From: Thermoplasmata archaeon
GTDB lineage: Archaea; Thermoplasmatota; Thermoplasmata; Thermoplasmatales; Thermoplasmataceae
Direction of reading: 5' to 3'
Assembly: GCA_021799185.1 (NCBI GenBank)
Contig: JAJZAW010000001.1
Location: forward strand, 1-52,149
Length of the DNA: 52,149 bases
The notes beneath the pieces were generated by a model. That model made no database searches, was not told the origin of the DNA, and was given only the letters and a program-made list of their open reading frames with translations. The position numbers and the translations under genes are program-made. This document shows, in pieces, positions 21,782 through 31,644 of the stretch (position 1 is its first letter; each line of letters begins with the position of its first letter).

Positions 21782-22555
21782 ATATGTGGCGGGTGCGATT
21801 TCCTGAATATCCTGTCCATGGGTTCCATAATGGCTTCCACAATATCCTGCACAGTGCCGTGCAGTTCAGGTATGGAAAGCTCGTATCCAGGCAGCGTCTC
21901 CCGCGACCTGTTAAGTATTTTCCCGTATATTCCCAGCCCCATCCTCCTGAATCTCGGCGGCCTGCATAAGGCTCAGGGCATCAGCCGTGGAGACGAGGAA
22001 AAACCTGGTTTTTTCCATATGATTCCACACATCCTGTGCCAGTTTCTGCCATTCCTTGAGAATCGAGCCAATACGGTCGCCCCTTATCCTTCCCCTGGCA
22101 GAGATGAGAAACTTCAGATCCCGACCAAGATGGTTATAGAAATCCCTTTCCAGGGATAAGAGATGCATGGTTGATGATGACGCCGGCGTATCCCACAGAA
22201 CATAATCATACCTGCCGGAGTCATGCAGTTCAACTATTCGTGATATCATGAACTCTTCCGCCACGCCAGGGCTGCTGGCAATGTGATCAAGTATCTCCGG
22301 CCCCACATCGGCAAATTCCGATATTATGGCATATGCCTGGTCGCCATACCTGGATTTCCACTCTGCAGCAATGTCGGATTCGGATATCTCCATTACAGTT
22401 ATGTTCCGGTAGTCGCGGGTGAATATGTGCCGCAGAGACGGCATATAATCTGTAGATGCAAGAAGGGTCTGCCCATGCTCCGCCAGCACCCTTGCATATG
22501 CAGCAGATATGGTTGATTTACCCACACCTCCCTTTCCCACAAAGGCTTCAATCAT
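21778..22555 (-). pseudogene. ArsA/Get3-like ATPase with a frameshift near 21950
   Basis: GKGGVGKST, PGVAEE, WDTPAS motifs. The C-terminal FRRMGLGIYGKILNR...PPHI* continues in another frame to a stop at 21778-21780. Confidence 0.75.
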
Positions 22556-22673
22556 AACATGTAATTGCATTGCCCCATATACTGAATGGCATCAGTCTCT
22601 CTGCGTTATGGCGTTTGGATAAACATCCCATGCCAGAAAAACGTAAATACCGCAATCCAATGTTTTCACAGCA

Positions 22674-22949
22674 ATGATTACGGTGAAATATTATGCCAAT
22701 CTCAGGCAGATAACCGGCAGGAAGGAAGATTCCCTGAATGACAATGAGGCAACGGTGGGCAAGGTTGTGGACTCACTCTGCGATCGCTATGGCGAACCCT
22801 TCAGGAAACTTATGCTGGAAGATGGAAAACTGAGGGGCAATGTAATAATACTCATAAACGGTGTCAATGTGATTTTTGGAAGGGGGCTCCAGGAGGTAAT
22901 AAAGAGTGGAGATTCTGTGGACATATTTCCGCCGGTGGCTGGAGGCTGA
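22674..22949 (+). CDS. moaD: MoaD/SAMP ubiquitin-like sulfur carrier
   Basis: VKYYANLRQITG N-terminus and C-terminal IFPPVAGG diglycine. Confidence 0.88.
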   Translation: MITVKYYANLRQITGRKEDSLNDNEATVGKVVDSLCDRYGEPFRKLMLEDGKLRGNVIILINGVNVIFGRGLQEVIKSGDSVDIFPPVAGG

Positions 22950-24764
22950 TTACAGGGAATAGTAGTCCAGCCCGAGCCTCTTTATGGTCTCCTTTGTCGG
23001 TATCCCCTTCTCGTTCCAGCCCCTTACACGATAATAATCCTTTAGAAGGTAATCCAGAGGGAACGTGTTCCCCTTATCCGGCCCCTTTTCCAGCGCCTGC
23101 TTCATGAACCTTTCGGGAAGCCTGTCCTGTTCAGGTTTTATGCCAGCCTTGAGGTTGAAGAGCCTTTCAAGGTTCCAGGTTCTTTCTGCAGCTAGCATTA
23201 TTTCATCCTTTGTGTAATCAAAGGCTGTAACGTCGTTGACAAGCGCAATATAGTCATCAAGATTCAGTGCGAAGGACGGGAACTGGCATAATCCTGAGGA
23301 ATCCATGACCTCTGTGAAATCCTGCACATACTTGACAAGCGCTGCCTTGCCCTCCTTTTCAGTTGGCTTGGAGACCGGCTCCACGCCAAGTATTTCATTA
23401 GATATGGTGTATGCTCTCATGTGGGACCCTCCAATGTTGCTGGTGGCATATGCAAGCCCTATCCCGTATGCGCCCCTGGGGTCATACGCCGCTATTTCCT
23501 GGCCCTTTACGCTCATGGATGCATTTTCATCCCCGTATTTGCGGGCTAGCCTCAGGGATCCCTCAGCAAGATCATTTCCAAAGTCCTTTCTGTAAGCCAG
23601 CTTTGCAGAGGCCTCAAGGACAAATGATGAGTTGCCGAAGACAGGTTTCGTAGGCCCAACAACGCTGTCAGGTATTTTCTTTTCGCTGTAAAGTTCCATG
23701 GCTGCAGAGAGTGTGTTTCCAGCTGTTATTGTGTCATATCCCAGCCTGTCCGCGTTGTCATTCGCAGCTATCACCGTGTAAAGGTCGTGTATGCCCGTGT
23801 TGGGGCCCAGGGCCCATGTGGATTCGTATTCAGGGCCCTCGGACTCCCTTTCATTGTATCTGGATACCCTGCCGCATGAAATTGGGCATGCAAAGCAAGG
23901 TGTATTTCTTATGAGATATGTGTCAGCAAGAGTTTCTCCGCTCACCATGTCTGCAAGCGGATCATTTCCGGAATCCATGTAATTTTTTGTGCCGAATATT
24001 CCGGACTGGTTGATTATGTTCACAAGCACCTCGGTCCCATAGGCAGGGAGTCCCTGGCTTGTTACAGGGTTTGCCTTGATCTTCTTGAGCATTGCTGCCA
24101 GCGTATCCCTGTACCTTCCAGCATGTCCGATCTGGGGCATCTTTCCCGTAGATGCCACAACAGCCTTAAGATTCTTTGAGGCCATCACGGCTCCAACTCC
24201 ATTTCTTCCCGCCGTCCTGTGCTTATCATTGACAATTGATGCGAATTTGACCAGGTTCTCACCTGCCGGCCCTATGCAAGCAACGGAAACGTTGACTCCA
24301 GTCTCGGCCTTCAGCGTGTCATCGGTCTGAAACACATCCTTTCCCCACACATGGGTTGCGTCACGGAGTTCGGCTTTCCCGTCATGAACATAAAGATATA
24401 CGGGATGATCAGACTTTCCGGTGAAAATTATCATGTCAAAGCCGGAGTGTTTTAATTTTGCCCCGAAGAATCCTCCGGAGTTGCTCCTTGTTATTGTGCC
24501 GGTCAGTGGGCTCTTTGTCACTGCCATGTATCTTGCGGCGGTGGGAGAACTTGTGCCGGTCAGTGGGCCAGGCGCCATAATGAGGACATTGTCCGGGGAC
24601 AGCGGATCTACCTTTGGATCCACCTCATCCACAAAATACCTTGTGGCCAGCCCCTGTCCGCCTATGTAATCCCTGGCCCATTTCATGTTCGTGTCCTCAA
24701 TGCTGATTGTGCCCTTTGAGAGATTTACCCTCAGAAATTTGCCCGTATATCCACCATAGCTCAT
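22950..24764 (-). CDS. aor: Aldehyde:ferredoxin oxidoreductase (W-pterin AOR family)
   Basis: GYTGKFLRVNLS, KSPLTG, AGRNGVGAVMASKNLKA, CFACPISC, GPEYES, YDPRG, GLCQF. Start MSYGG at 24764, ~30 nt after a TATATA box. Confidence 0.92.
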   Translation of the reverse strand: MSYGGYTGKFLRVNLSKGTISIEDTNMKWARDYIGGQGLATRYFVDEVDPKVDPLSPDNVLIMAPGPLTGTSSPTAARYMAVTKSPLTGTITRSNSGGFFGAKLKHSGFDMIIFTGKSDHPVYLYVHDGKAELRDATHVWGKDVFQTDDTLKAETGVNVSVACIGPAGENLVKFASIVNDKHRTAGRNGVGAVMASKNLKAVVASTGKMPQIGHAGRYRDTLAAMLKKIKANPVTSQGLPAYGTEVLVNIINQSGIFGTKNYMDSGNDPLADMVSGETLADTYLIRNTPCFACPISCGRVSRYNERESEGPEYESTWALGPNTGIHDLYTVIAANDNADRLGYDTITAGNTLSAAMELYSEKKIPDSVVGPTKPVFGNSSFVLEASAKLAYRKDFGNDLAEGSLRLARKYGDENASMSVKGQEIAAYDPRGAYGIGLAYATSNIGGSHMRAYTISNEILGVEPVSKPTEKEGKAALVKYVQDFTEVMDSSGLCQFPSFALNLDDYIALVNDVTAFDYTKDEIMLAAERTWNLERLFNLKAGIKPEQDRLPERFMKQALEKGPDKGNTFPLDYLLKDYYRVRGWNEKGIPTKETIKRLGLDYYSL

Positions 24765-25135
24765 GATACCACTGAGAATTAAACCGATCTGAATATATAC
24801 GGGTTTGCCTGTGCTGAAAAACCTGTGTGAAATGATTGGAAAAAGCAGCATCGTATGCGTATTTACCTTTCCGTAACTCATGCTTGTTTAATTCAGCTGA
24901 TACGGGTGAATCACAGGCCCTCCTGCAATGGTGCCCTATGCTGCATGGGTTCCGCCAGTTGCGGGTTAAGAAAAACCGCCCGGCCCGATTTCAACTGCAG
25001 CTAGCCCCGTGTGACCCTCTGCGAGCTTGCAGCAGAATACCGGGCTGTAAACGGCAATGCTGGCAACAGGCAAGGGATAAAATATCCATGTGCCGAATAG
25101 ATAAAAATAGGTAATGGTTGAAGATTCTTAAAAGT

Positions 25136-26995
25136 TCATTGCGAGAAATCCACTGACAGTTCCTTCATGACCTCAGTGGAAGGCTTCCCGTCAGCATCAA
25201 TGCCAACTTCCTGAAGGTATTCATCAACCATGGCACGATAGTCCACGGTAACGCCGGCAGTTGGCCCTGCCTTGAGTGGCGGCTCGCCAACCATTCTGGA
25301 AGGCGGGGCAATCTTTCTTGGATTGATGCCCTCTCTGTAGTTAAAAAGATGCCTAAGCAGCTGTATCCTCTTTCCCATGGCCATAATCTCATCCTCGGAC
25401 ACATCCCATCCCATGATGGACTTGAACAGCTTGTAGTATGGATAGGTATTCGGCCATACTGAAGTTGAAAAGAGGCACATCCCGGTTGCGTTCAGCACCT
25501 GAGCACCATAGACAGACAGCGCCTGCATCCTCCCCTTTCCATGGTATGAGTACCTGTTGATCTTCTCCCTGGGGTAACTGTACTTGAATGGCAGCGTCAT
25601 TGTTCCCCCTTCGTCAAACCCGAGCCCGCCTGCGGTATGCCTTCCTGGCGTAGGATCTGCAATATATGTTGTGGCGAGGCTTGGAAGAAGCCTGGGATCG
25701 TGCATTGGAAGATCCTGGCCTCCAACATGCATTGCGAACTTCTCACTGCCCTTGCCGAACTTTTGCGCAGCATATTTCGCTCCCATTCCAAGTACCGCGC
25801 CTATGCCCTCGCCTCTGCCAATCATTTCTGTGAGCTTTACCATTGCATCCGCGTCTCCGAAGCCAATCCTGAAACCCACATCCTTCTCGGTTATTATGCC
25901 TCTTTCGAAGCATTCGTTTGCGAAGGCTATGACCGCACCAACTGAGATTATGTCCATTCCCGCCCTGTTGCACATCTCAAATGCCATGGCCATGGCGTCC
26001 AGATCGGTGTTAAGATTAAGCCCCCCAAAGGAGCCGGTCCCCTCATATTCAAGCCTGTGCCCCTGGATCTCGCCAAAACGCGTCTTCCTTCTAACATGAC
26101 CGCCACACGCAAGTGTGCACTGAGCGCACCCATAGGACTTCAGCTTATCCTTAGCGATCTCCTCGCCGCTTATTTTTCTGGCGTTATCCGCACCATAATC
26201 TATTATGCCCACTCCTGCCCAGTTCTTTATGGGAGTGTCCCCATTGAGGTGGGAGGATTCTGTGCCTGCGGTTGTGCCGTAAAGCTGCCACGGTCTTGCA
26301 AGATCTATGTTCTTCCGGAATTCTATCTGAATCTCCTTTATGGTCTCCATGAGCATTGCCTGGTCGAAGGGCTTGAATGTGGGTTTGCCCCTGACTATGA
26401 GCCCCTTCAGCCTCTTTGATCCCATAACTGCTCCAATCCCGGACCGCCCTGCTGCCCTGCCATAATCATTCATGAGGGAAGCAACGAGCAGTTTTTTCTC
26501 CCCCGGAACGCCTATAACAAGTGCCTGCCCCTTTGGCTCTATCTTCCTGAGTTCATCCTCTGTCTCATACGCATCCTTGCCCCAGAGATTTGAGGCATCT
26601 TCTATGGATGCTGCCCCATCAACGATCTTGAGGTAAACCGGCTTCGGCGAAATGCCCCGGACAAATACGGCATCATAGCCTGAATTCTTCAGTTCAGGGC
26701 CGAACTTTCCACCGCAGTCTGCATCCCCCCATCCTCCGGTCAGTGGAGATTTTGCCACCACCTGGAATCTTCCGCCAAGGGGCACGGAATGGCTGTTGAA
26801 TATTCCTGTTGTGATGCCCAGTATGTTTTCCTCGCCCAGTGGATCTGCCCCGGGTTTCATGTCTCTGTTCAGTATGTAAGCTCCAAGACCGTATCCAGTC
26901 AGGTATTTTCTGTATATTTCTTCAGGAATTTTTTCTTCCCTTATGCTGCCCTTTGACAGGTCAACATGCAGAATCCTTCCATTAACGCCGTACAT
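25136..26995 (-). CDS. Second AOR-family oxidoreductase
   Basis: MYGVNGRILHVDLS, KSPLTGG, AGRSGIGAVMGSKRLK, CAQCTLAC, EYE, MHDPR, GMCLF. Confidence 0.9.
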   Translation of the reverse strand: MYGVNGRILHVDLSKGSIREEKIPEEIYRKYLTGYGLGAYILNRDMKPGADPLGEENILGITTGIFNSHSVPLGGRFQVVAKSPLTGGWGDADCGGKFGPELKNSGYDAVFVRGISPKPVYLKIVDGAASIEDASNLWGKDAYETEDELRKIEPKGQALVIGVPGEKKLLVASLMNDYGRAAGRSGIGAVMGSKRLKGLIVRGKPTFKPFDQAMLMETIKEIQIEFRKNIDLARPWQLYGTTAGTESSHLNGDTPIKNWAGVGIIDYGADNARKISGEEIAKDKLKSYGCAQCTLACGGHVRRKTRFGEIQGHRLEYEGTGSFGGLNLNTDLDAMAMAFEMCNRAGMDIISVGAVIAFANECFERGIITEKDVGFRIGFGDADAMVKLTEMIGRGEGIGAVLGMGAKYAAQKFGKGSEKFAMHVGGQDLPMHDPRLLPSLATTYIADPTPGRHTAGGLGFDEGGTMTLPFKYSYPREKINRYSYHGKGRMQALSVYGAQVLNATGMCLFSTSVWPNTYPYYKLFKSIMGWDVSEDEIMAMGKRIQLLRHLFNYREGINPRKIAPPSRMVGEPPLKAGPTAGVTVDYRAMVDEYLQEVGIDADGKPSTEVMKELSVDFSQ

Positions 26996-27196
26996 ACATT
27001 TACCATGGTATCTTCCTATTAGAGGTTTATCTCATGGGGCTCTGGCAGTGAAAATCTCTCAGCTTTCCATAAAACAGCCCGGATCAAGCAATGGATAAGG
27101 CCGAAGGCAGAATACAGGCTGAATTAAATGCATGAGCGCACTGGATCACCCTTGCCCATTTCTGCGCACTTTTACTCGCGATATTTCTTATAACTT

Positions 27197-28573
27197 TTGT
27201 TAATTGATAGAAACATGTCAATGGTAGGATTTGATAGATTCCTATTTGCCTTCACAATAGGGTCTCACATAATTCTGGTGTCAATGAGTATTGCGCTGAT
27301 TCTTCTGATATCCATACTGGAGTTCCTCTATCTCAGAAACAGGAACAGCTACCATCTGGCCCTCATAAGGCGGCTCAAGAAAGTGTTCGTGATCTCCTTT
27401 GGCGTTGGAACAGCCTCAGGAATAGTGGTGGCGGTTGAACTGATAAATCTGTTTCCAGGTTTTATGACCCTTGTATCAGAGACCGGGATCATAGGGGCAT
27501 TCTACGCAGAGATATTCGCATTTTTCCTTGAGACCATCAGCCTTGTGATCTACGTTTATTTTGAAGGAGTATTCAAATGGAAATATACGAATCTTACCCT
27601 TTCAATTGTTGTTGCTTCCGGGACCCTTCTTTCCGGGGTGTTCATAACAATGGTGAATGCCTGGATGAATACGCCAAATGGTTTCAACATATCTGAATAT
27701 CTTGCGACAGGGAAGGTTACAGGTGTGCTTCCCTGGGCAACCTTTGCAACACCCTCAACCTTTGGTGAGATAGCGCATGTCCTTACGACAACTGTTTTCG
27801 CCGGGGTAATGCTAATCGGTGCATTTTTTGCTTACAAATACCTGAAGACGCGAGATCCAGAGGAGAAGGGGATGTTCAGGTCAATGCTCAGGGTCATCAG
27901 TGGTGTTTCCATCATTGATATCCTGCTTGCGGGGGCTTCCGGATCAAATGAAATGTCAACTCTGCTGCAGTATCAGCCATTAAAATATGCTGCCATGGAC
28001 CTTAATCCGACACCTGGAACCGGCTTCTCAGAGAGGCTGTTCGGATACATTTACAATGGGCATATACTGGATTCCATACAGATTCCAGGTCTGCAGGCTT
28101 TGCTGGCTAAACTGGAGACAGGAATAACGGCACTTCCAGGCCTATCGCAGTATCCTGTAAGCGACTGGCCCCCGTTGATTATCCATACTACATTTGATAT
28201 TATGGTGGTTGGAGGGCTTTTCCTCGGGCTCTTTCTCTTCATTACATTCCTTTTCTACGTGTTCAGGAAGGATTTTGTCAGAAACAGGTTCATGATGTAT
28301 TTCCAGATATTCTTCGGTTTCTTCGCTCTCCTGGTTTATGAAATCGGATGGGTAACGGACGAGGTGGGAAGGCAGCCTTGGATTGTATATAACGTGATGA
28401 AGGTATATCAGGCTGCAAACTATTCCACAGGACTTCTGGTTCCAGGATACTTCATCATAGCCTTCTACCTGGTACTCATACCGGCAACGTTCTACTTCTT
28501 TGCCAGGGTATTCAACTCCAATCCCGCCAGGGAAGACATGAAACCGGCAGCGGAAGGGGGTGTTAACTATTAA
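27197..28573 (+). CDS. cydA: Cytochrome bd ubiquinol oxidase subunit I
   Basis: GSHIIL, FGVGTASG, NAWMNTP, QPLKYAAM, FDIMV, EVGRQPW. Start may be ATG 27215. Confidence 0.92.
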   Translation: MLIDRNMSMVGFDRFLFAFTIGSHIILVSMSIALILLISILEFLYLRNRNSYHLALIRRLKKVFVISFGVGTASGIVVAVELINLFPGFMTLVSETGIIGAFYAEIFAFFLETISLVIYVYFEGVFKWKYTNLTLSIVVASGTLLSGVFITMVNAWMNTPNGFNISEYLATGKVTGVLPWATFATPSTFGEIAHVLTTTVFAGVMLIGAFFAYKYLKTRDPEEKGMFRSMLRVISGVSIIDILLAGASGSNEMSTLLQYQPLKYAAMDLNPTPGTGFSERLFGYIYNGHILDSIQIPGLQALLAKLETGITALPGLSQYPVSDWPPLIIHTTFDIMVVGGLFLGLFLFITFLFYVFRKDFVRNRFMMYFQIFFGFFALLVYEIGWVTDEVGRQPWIVYNVMKVYQAANYSTGLLVPGYFIIAFYLVLIPATFYFFARVFNSNPAREDMKPAAEGGVNY

Positions 28574-29522
28574 CATTTTATTTGGCATCAATTATGCAGT
28601 TTTTGCAGTTTTTGCTGTGCTTGTGATCACTGAAATGATGGGCAGCGTCCTGATGCTTGTTGCATGGGATTCAGTCAAGGGAAAGGTGCTCGACTATGTT
28701 GTTCCAGTATGGGAAGTGACAGGCACTTTTGGAGCTTTCTGGGTAGTGGCTTCTGACTTTGCCTATCCACGAATTCTAATACCACTTGCAAGTATATTCT
28801 CGGCAGCCATTGCCATATTCCTCATACTGTTCGTAGCCAGGAATTCTACCATAGTGTTCGCTGAGTTTATAAAAAAGAGAGGCTGGCTTGACGAAAAGAA
28901 GCTATACACAGGATATTCACTCTCAACACTGCTTCTGGGCCTGGTTGTACTGGTTATAATAACAGGAATCATAGGAGGGAATGGCATTGATTTCAGAAAC
29001 CTGACGTTCAGTGTATCCTCATGGGCTGGAAACGCAACCTCATGGCTCTTCATAATCGGCGCTCTTCTTATGGCCATAGGCCTTGCTCCGGTGTTTTATG
29101 ATCTGGCGCCTCTCAAAAAGCTGGTATTTCCATTCACCATTGCGGGTCTCGTGGTTTCGGTAGTTTCACTGTACCTGTTCAGGCATGGCTCACTTCCATT
29201 CCTTGTAGCCATACCCATCATCCTGGCGCTTCTCGTTCCTGTGCTGTACTACCTTCCAAGCGCAGTGAAGATCGTAACAAACAAGGTATTCTTCATAGCA
29301 TTGGTTTCGGCTGACATTTTTTCGCTGGAATTCATGGTTTATCCCACAGCATTTGGTGGAAACATTAACGTGGACAGCTTGATTTCAAGCGGCCCAATGG
29401 CATCAGCCTACGTTGCAATCACTGTGGTGGGGCTTGTTATTCTTGCTGTGCTAATTGCACTTTACTCCATTGCGGTGCATAGAAGGTCAGCTATGGCCAG
29501 AAAAGCAGTGAGTTCACCTTGA
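28560..29522 (+). CDS. cydB: Cytochrome bd subunit II-like membrane protein
   Basis: Overlaps the cydA stop; PVWEVTGTF resembles the CydB PxWxxNxxW motif; multi-TM. Confidence 0.7.
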   Translation: MLTINILFGINYAVFAVFAVLVITEMMGSVLMLVAWDSVKGKVLDYVVPVWEVTGTFGAFWVVASDFAYPRILIPLASIFSAAIAIFLILFVARNSTIVFAEFIKKRGWLDEKKLYTGYSLSTLLLGLVVLVIITGIIGGNGIDFRNLTFSVSSWAGNATSWLFIIGALLMAIGLAPVFYDLAPLKKLVFPFTIAGLVVSVVSLYLFRHGSLPFLVAIPIILALLVPVLYYLPSAVKIVTNKVFFIALVSADIFSLEFMVYPTAFGGNINVDSLISSGPMASAYVAITVVGLVILAVLIALYSIAVHRRSAMARKAVSSP

Positions 29523-29762
29523 GAATAAAACCCTTATTTTTTTTAAACTCATAATAACCTTTCCTGCACACAAATTCTAAATCGCCCGTGCAGATAAATT
29601 CTATTAAAAGCCTCTGCCTGGAATTTTTATGCTCCCTTCAATGGCCTTGAGTGGCTGGGGCAACGGATGCCCTAGATGCAAAATGGTTTCTTTTGGATGT
29701 ATCAGCCTCTGAATGCCTTGCGAAGAACAGCTTCATAAGAAATTTAATGCAGATATCCTCTT

Positions 29763-30005
29763 TCAGTCAAGAATTCTTACGGTCTTGTTTGAAGATCTTA
29801 TTCCACGTATTATCCTTATTCTTGAAGGATCAACATTGAAATGAGCGGACAGCTGCCTTATGACATCGGCATTGGCTCTGCCATTCTCCCTTGGCTCGTT
29901 TGTGTACACAGAGAGTTTATCATTCTCATCCAAAATCTGGCCGCTTCCATGCTTAACTCTTACCTGTACAATCAATATGTTATCAGATATTGTATGGATC
30001 TCCAT
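29763..30005 (-). CDS. DUF167 (YggU) family protein
   Basis: EPRENGRANADVIRQLS...IRIIRGIRSSNKTV motif. Confidence 0.85.
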   Translation of the reverse strand: MEIHTISDNILIVQVRVKHGSGQILDENDKLSVYTNEPRENGRANADVIRQLSAHFNVDPSRIRIIRGIRSSNKTVRILD

Positions 30006-30599
30006 AAGATTAAATTTGATGGTATCCGCAAATCACTGTAATTTCATTATTCAATGCATTCAGGGCGCCCCCTGCCATCATAATGCATGAAGCCTGAATT
30101 AGCGTCTGGTTCGCCAGTAACTGAAGGCAATGCGGAAAACGATGGCTCGTAAACCAATACTGTATAAATAGCATTTGCGTTGCGCCCAAAGGGGAAACAT
30201 TTCCGTATTTTCCTTACTGGCTTTACCGGGGTTTTTCGCATGCTGGGCCGTAAGCAGGTTCCTGCTTAATCATGCCCATTGGATGCACTATGCGAAATGA
30301 GCATAGGCAAACTATGGCTCTTCACTGAAACTGAATTTTGCCGGCACTGAGTTCTGGCAATATCCGTTAATGCGAATTGAGGCATGTACCAACAGCTACC
30401 AGGGATAGAATAATGGCTGTTATGGCAGTTTCCGTGATATGGCATGTTCTACCTAAATTTCATGAGATAATTTAATAGAACCATTTCTCCATAATAAAAC
30501 TAATTTTGAACTGAACTTATCCGGCATAATATATTAGTTCTGGGGCAATTCATGATTCAACATCAAGAAAGTTCAGGAGTTCGTGCAGCAATTTCATAT

Positions 30600-31235
30600 T
30601 CAATTCTGTTTCAAATATGACGATATTATCTTTTTTTCTGCCCGCCTGAGAATTTCTGCAAGCGTAACATAAGAAACGTTCAGCCTCTTGGAAAGCCCTT
30701 CAAGGTTAATCTTTTTTGGATAATCAAAAAATCCAAGGTCAAGAGCAGTTCTAACGACAAATTCCTGTCTTGATGTTATCTCTTTTTTCCTGCTCAGGTT
30801 CTGTTTCTTAACAAGTTTAAATTTCACGCCATCGGCTTCGAGCCTCTCCAGAAATCCCGAAACTGTATCCTCGTCGGGTGACAGCCAGCGCATTATCACG
30901 TCTCCATTTCTGTTAGTGTGTGCGTCCATTAGGAATATGTCCCAGTCAGGCATTGTTTTGCACACAGCACACTTGTCAGCTTCAACTATGGCGGTTGTGT
31001 GGCTCTCATCGATCCTTACCATGCTGTTTTTATGCTCCCCAAGAAGCTTGTGCATTTCCATCTGCGAGTCCCTGGCTGAATCAGGAGGGATAAAAAAATC
31101 AATCAGGTCCTTAACGCCTTCTTCACTCTTACGTATATCCCTGATCTTAATGATTGCTGAATGCTTTTCAACAATGGCTTTTATCCATGTCAAGGGGGAT
31201 TCAAATTCAAGTTCAGCCTCTATCAAGGGTACCAC
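30600..31235 (-). CDS. HTH-10 (bacterio-opsin activator/NarO-like) transcription regulator
   Basis: C-terminal ITSRQEFVVRTALDLGFFDYPKKINLEGLSKRLNVS...LRRAEKKII; CAVC motif in the N-terminal domain; divergent from the nar operon. Start may be TTG 31226. Confidence 0.88.
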   Translation of the reverse strand: MVPLIEAELEFESPLTWIKAIVEKHSAIIKIRDIRKSEEGVKDLIDFFIPPDSARDSQMEMHKLLGEHKNSMVRIDESHTTAIVEADKCAVCKTMPDWDIFLMDAHTNRNGDVIMRWLSPDEDTVSGFLERLEADGVKFKLVKKQNLSRKKEITSRQEFVVRTALDLGFFDYPKKINLEGLSKRLNVSYVTLAEILRRAEKKIISSYLKQN

Positions 31236-31394
31236 CTTATCATTGACCCTTATTATTTAAATATAATGTAACAAATTGCAGTGATCCTGGGCTCAATGGC
31301 ACTTAATATAAAAGAAATGATGGGAGTATTGTTCATCATGTCCCGGGGCCGGAAAATTTTCGAAATAAATATCAATATAATTCTCAAAATAGCA

Positions 31395-31458
31395 TCTTAT
31401 TGATGGCATTTCAAACCAGTAGATGCATTGATCCAAGTTAGATATACCATCAATAAAA
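31395..31458. repeat. 64-bp imperfect inverted repeat in the regulator/nar divergent intergenic region
   Basis: 22-bp arms 31395-31416 and 31437-31458 match at 18/22 positions; 20-nt spacer. Confidence 0.6.
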
Positions 31459-31598
31459 GTGGCATAGGGGCAAAAATTGAAACGGTGCATGACCCCCGAT
31501 GATGGATGCGCAGCACTGTTAATGCGAATAAGCGATCATCCAAATTTAAATCGTATGATAATTCCATAAAGCACATCATTCATAGATATTGGAGAAAA

Positions 31599-31624
31599 TT
31601 GACCCCTAAAGATGTAGCCGCAAT
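31599..31624 (+). promoter_or_regulatory. Palindromic operator, copy 1 (nar operon promoter)
   Basis: TTGACCCCTAAA-GA-TGTAGCCGCAAT followed by GG-TTTAATA (TATA-like). Confidence 0.65.
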
Positions 31625-31644
31625 GGTTTAATAGTAATAGATTC

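Noticed and set aside
24765..24881. 39-aa N-terminal extension of the first AOR
   Set aside because: AOR similarity starts at MSYGGYTGK (24764), and the extension contains a TATA box at normal spacing.
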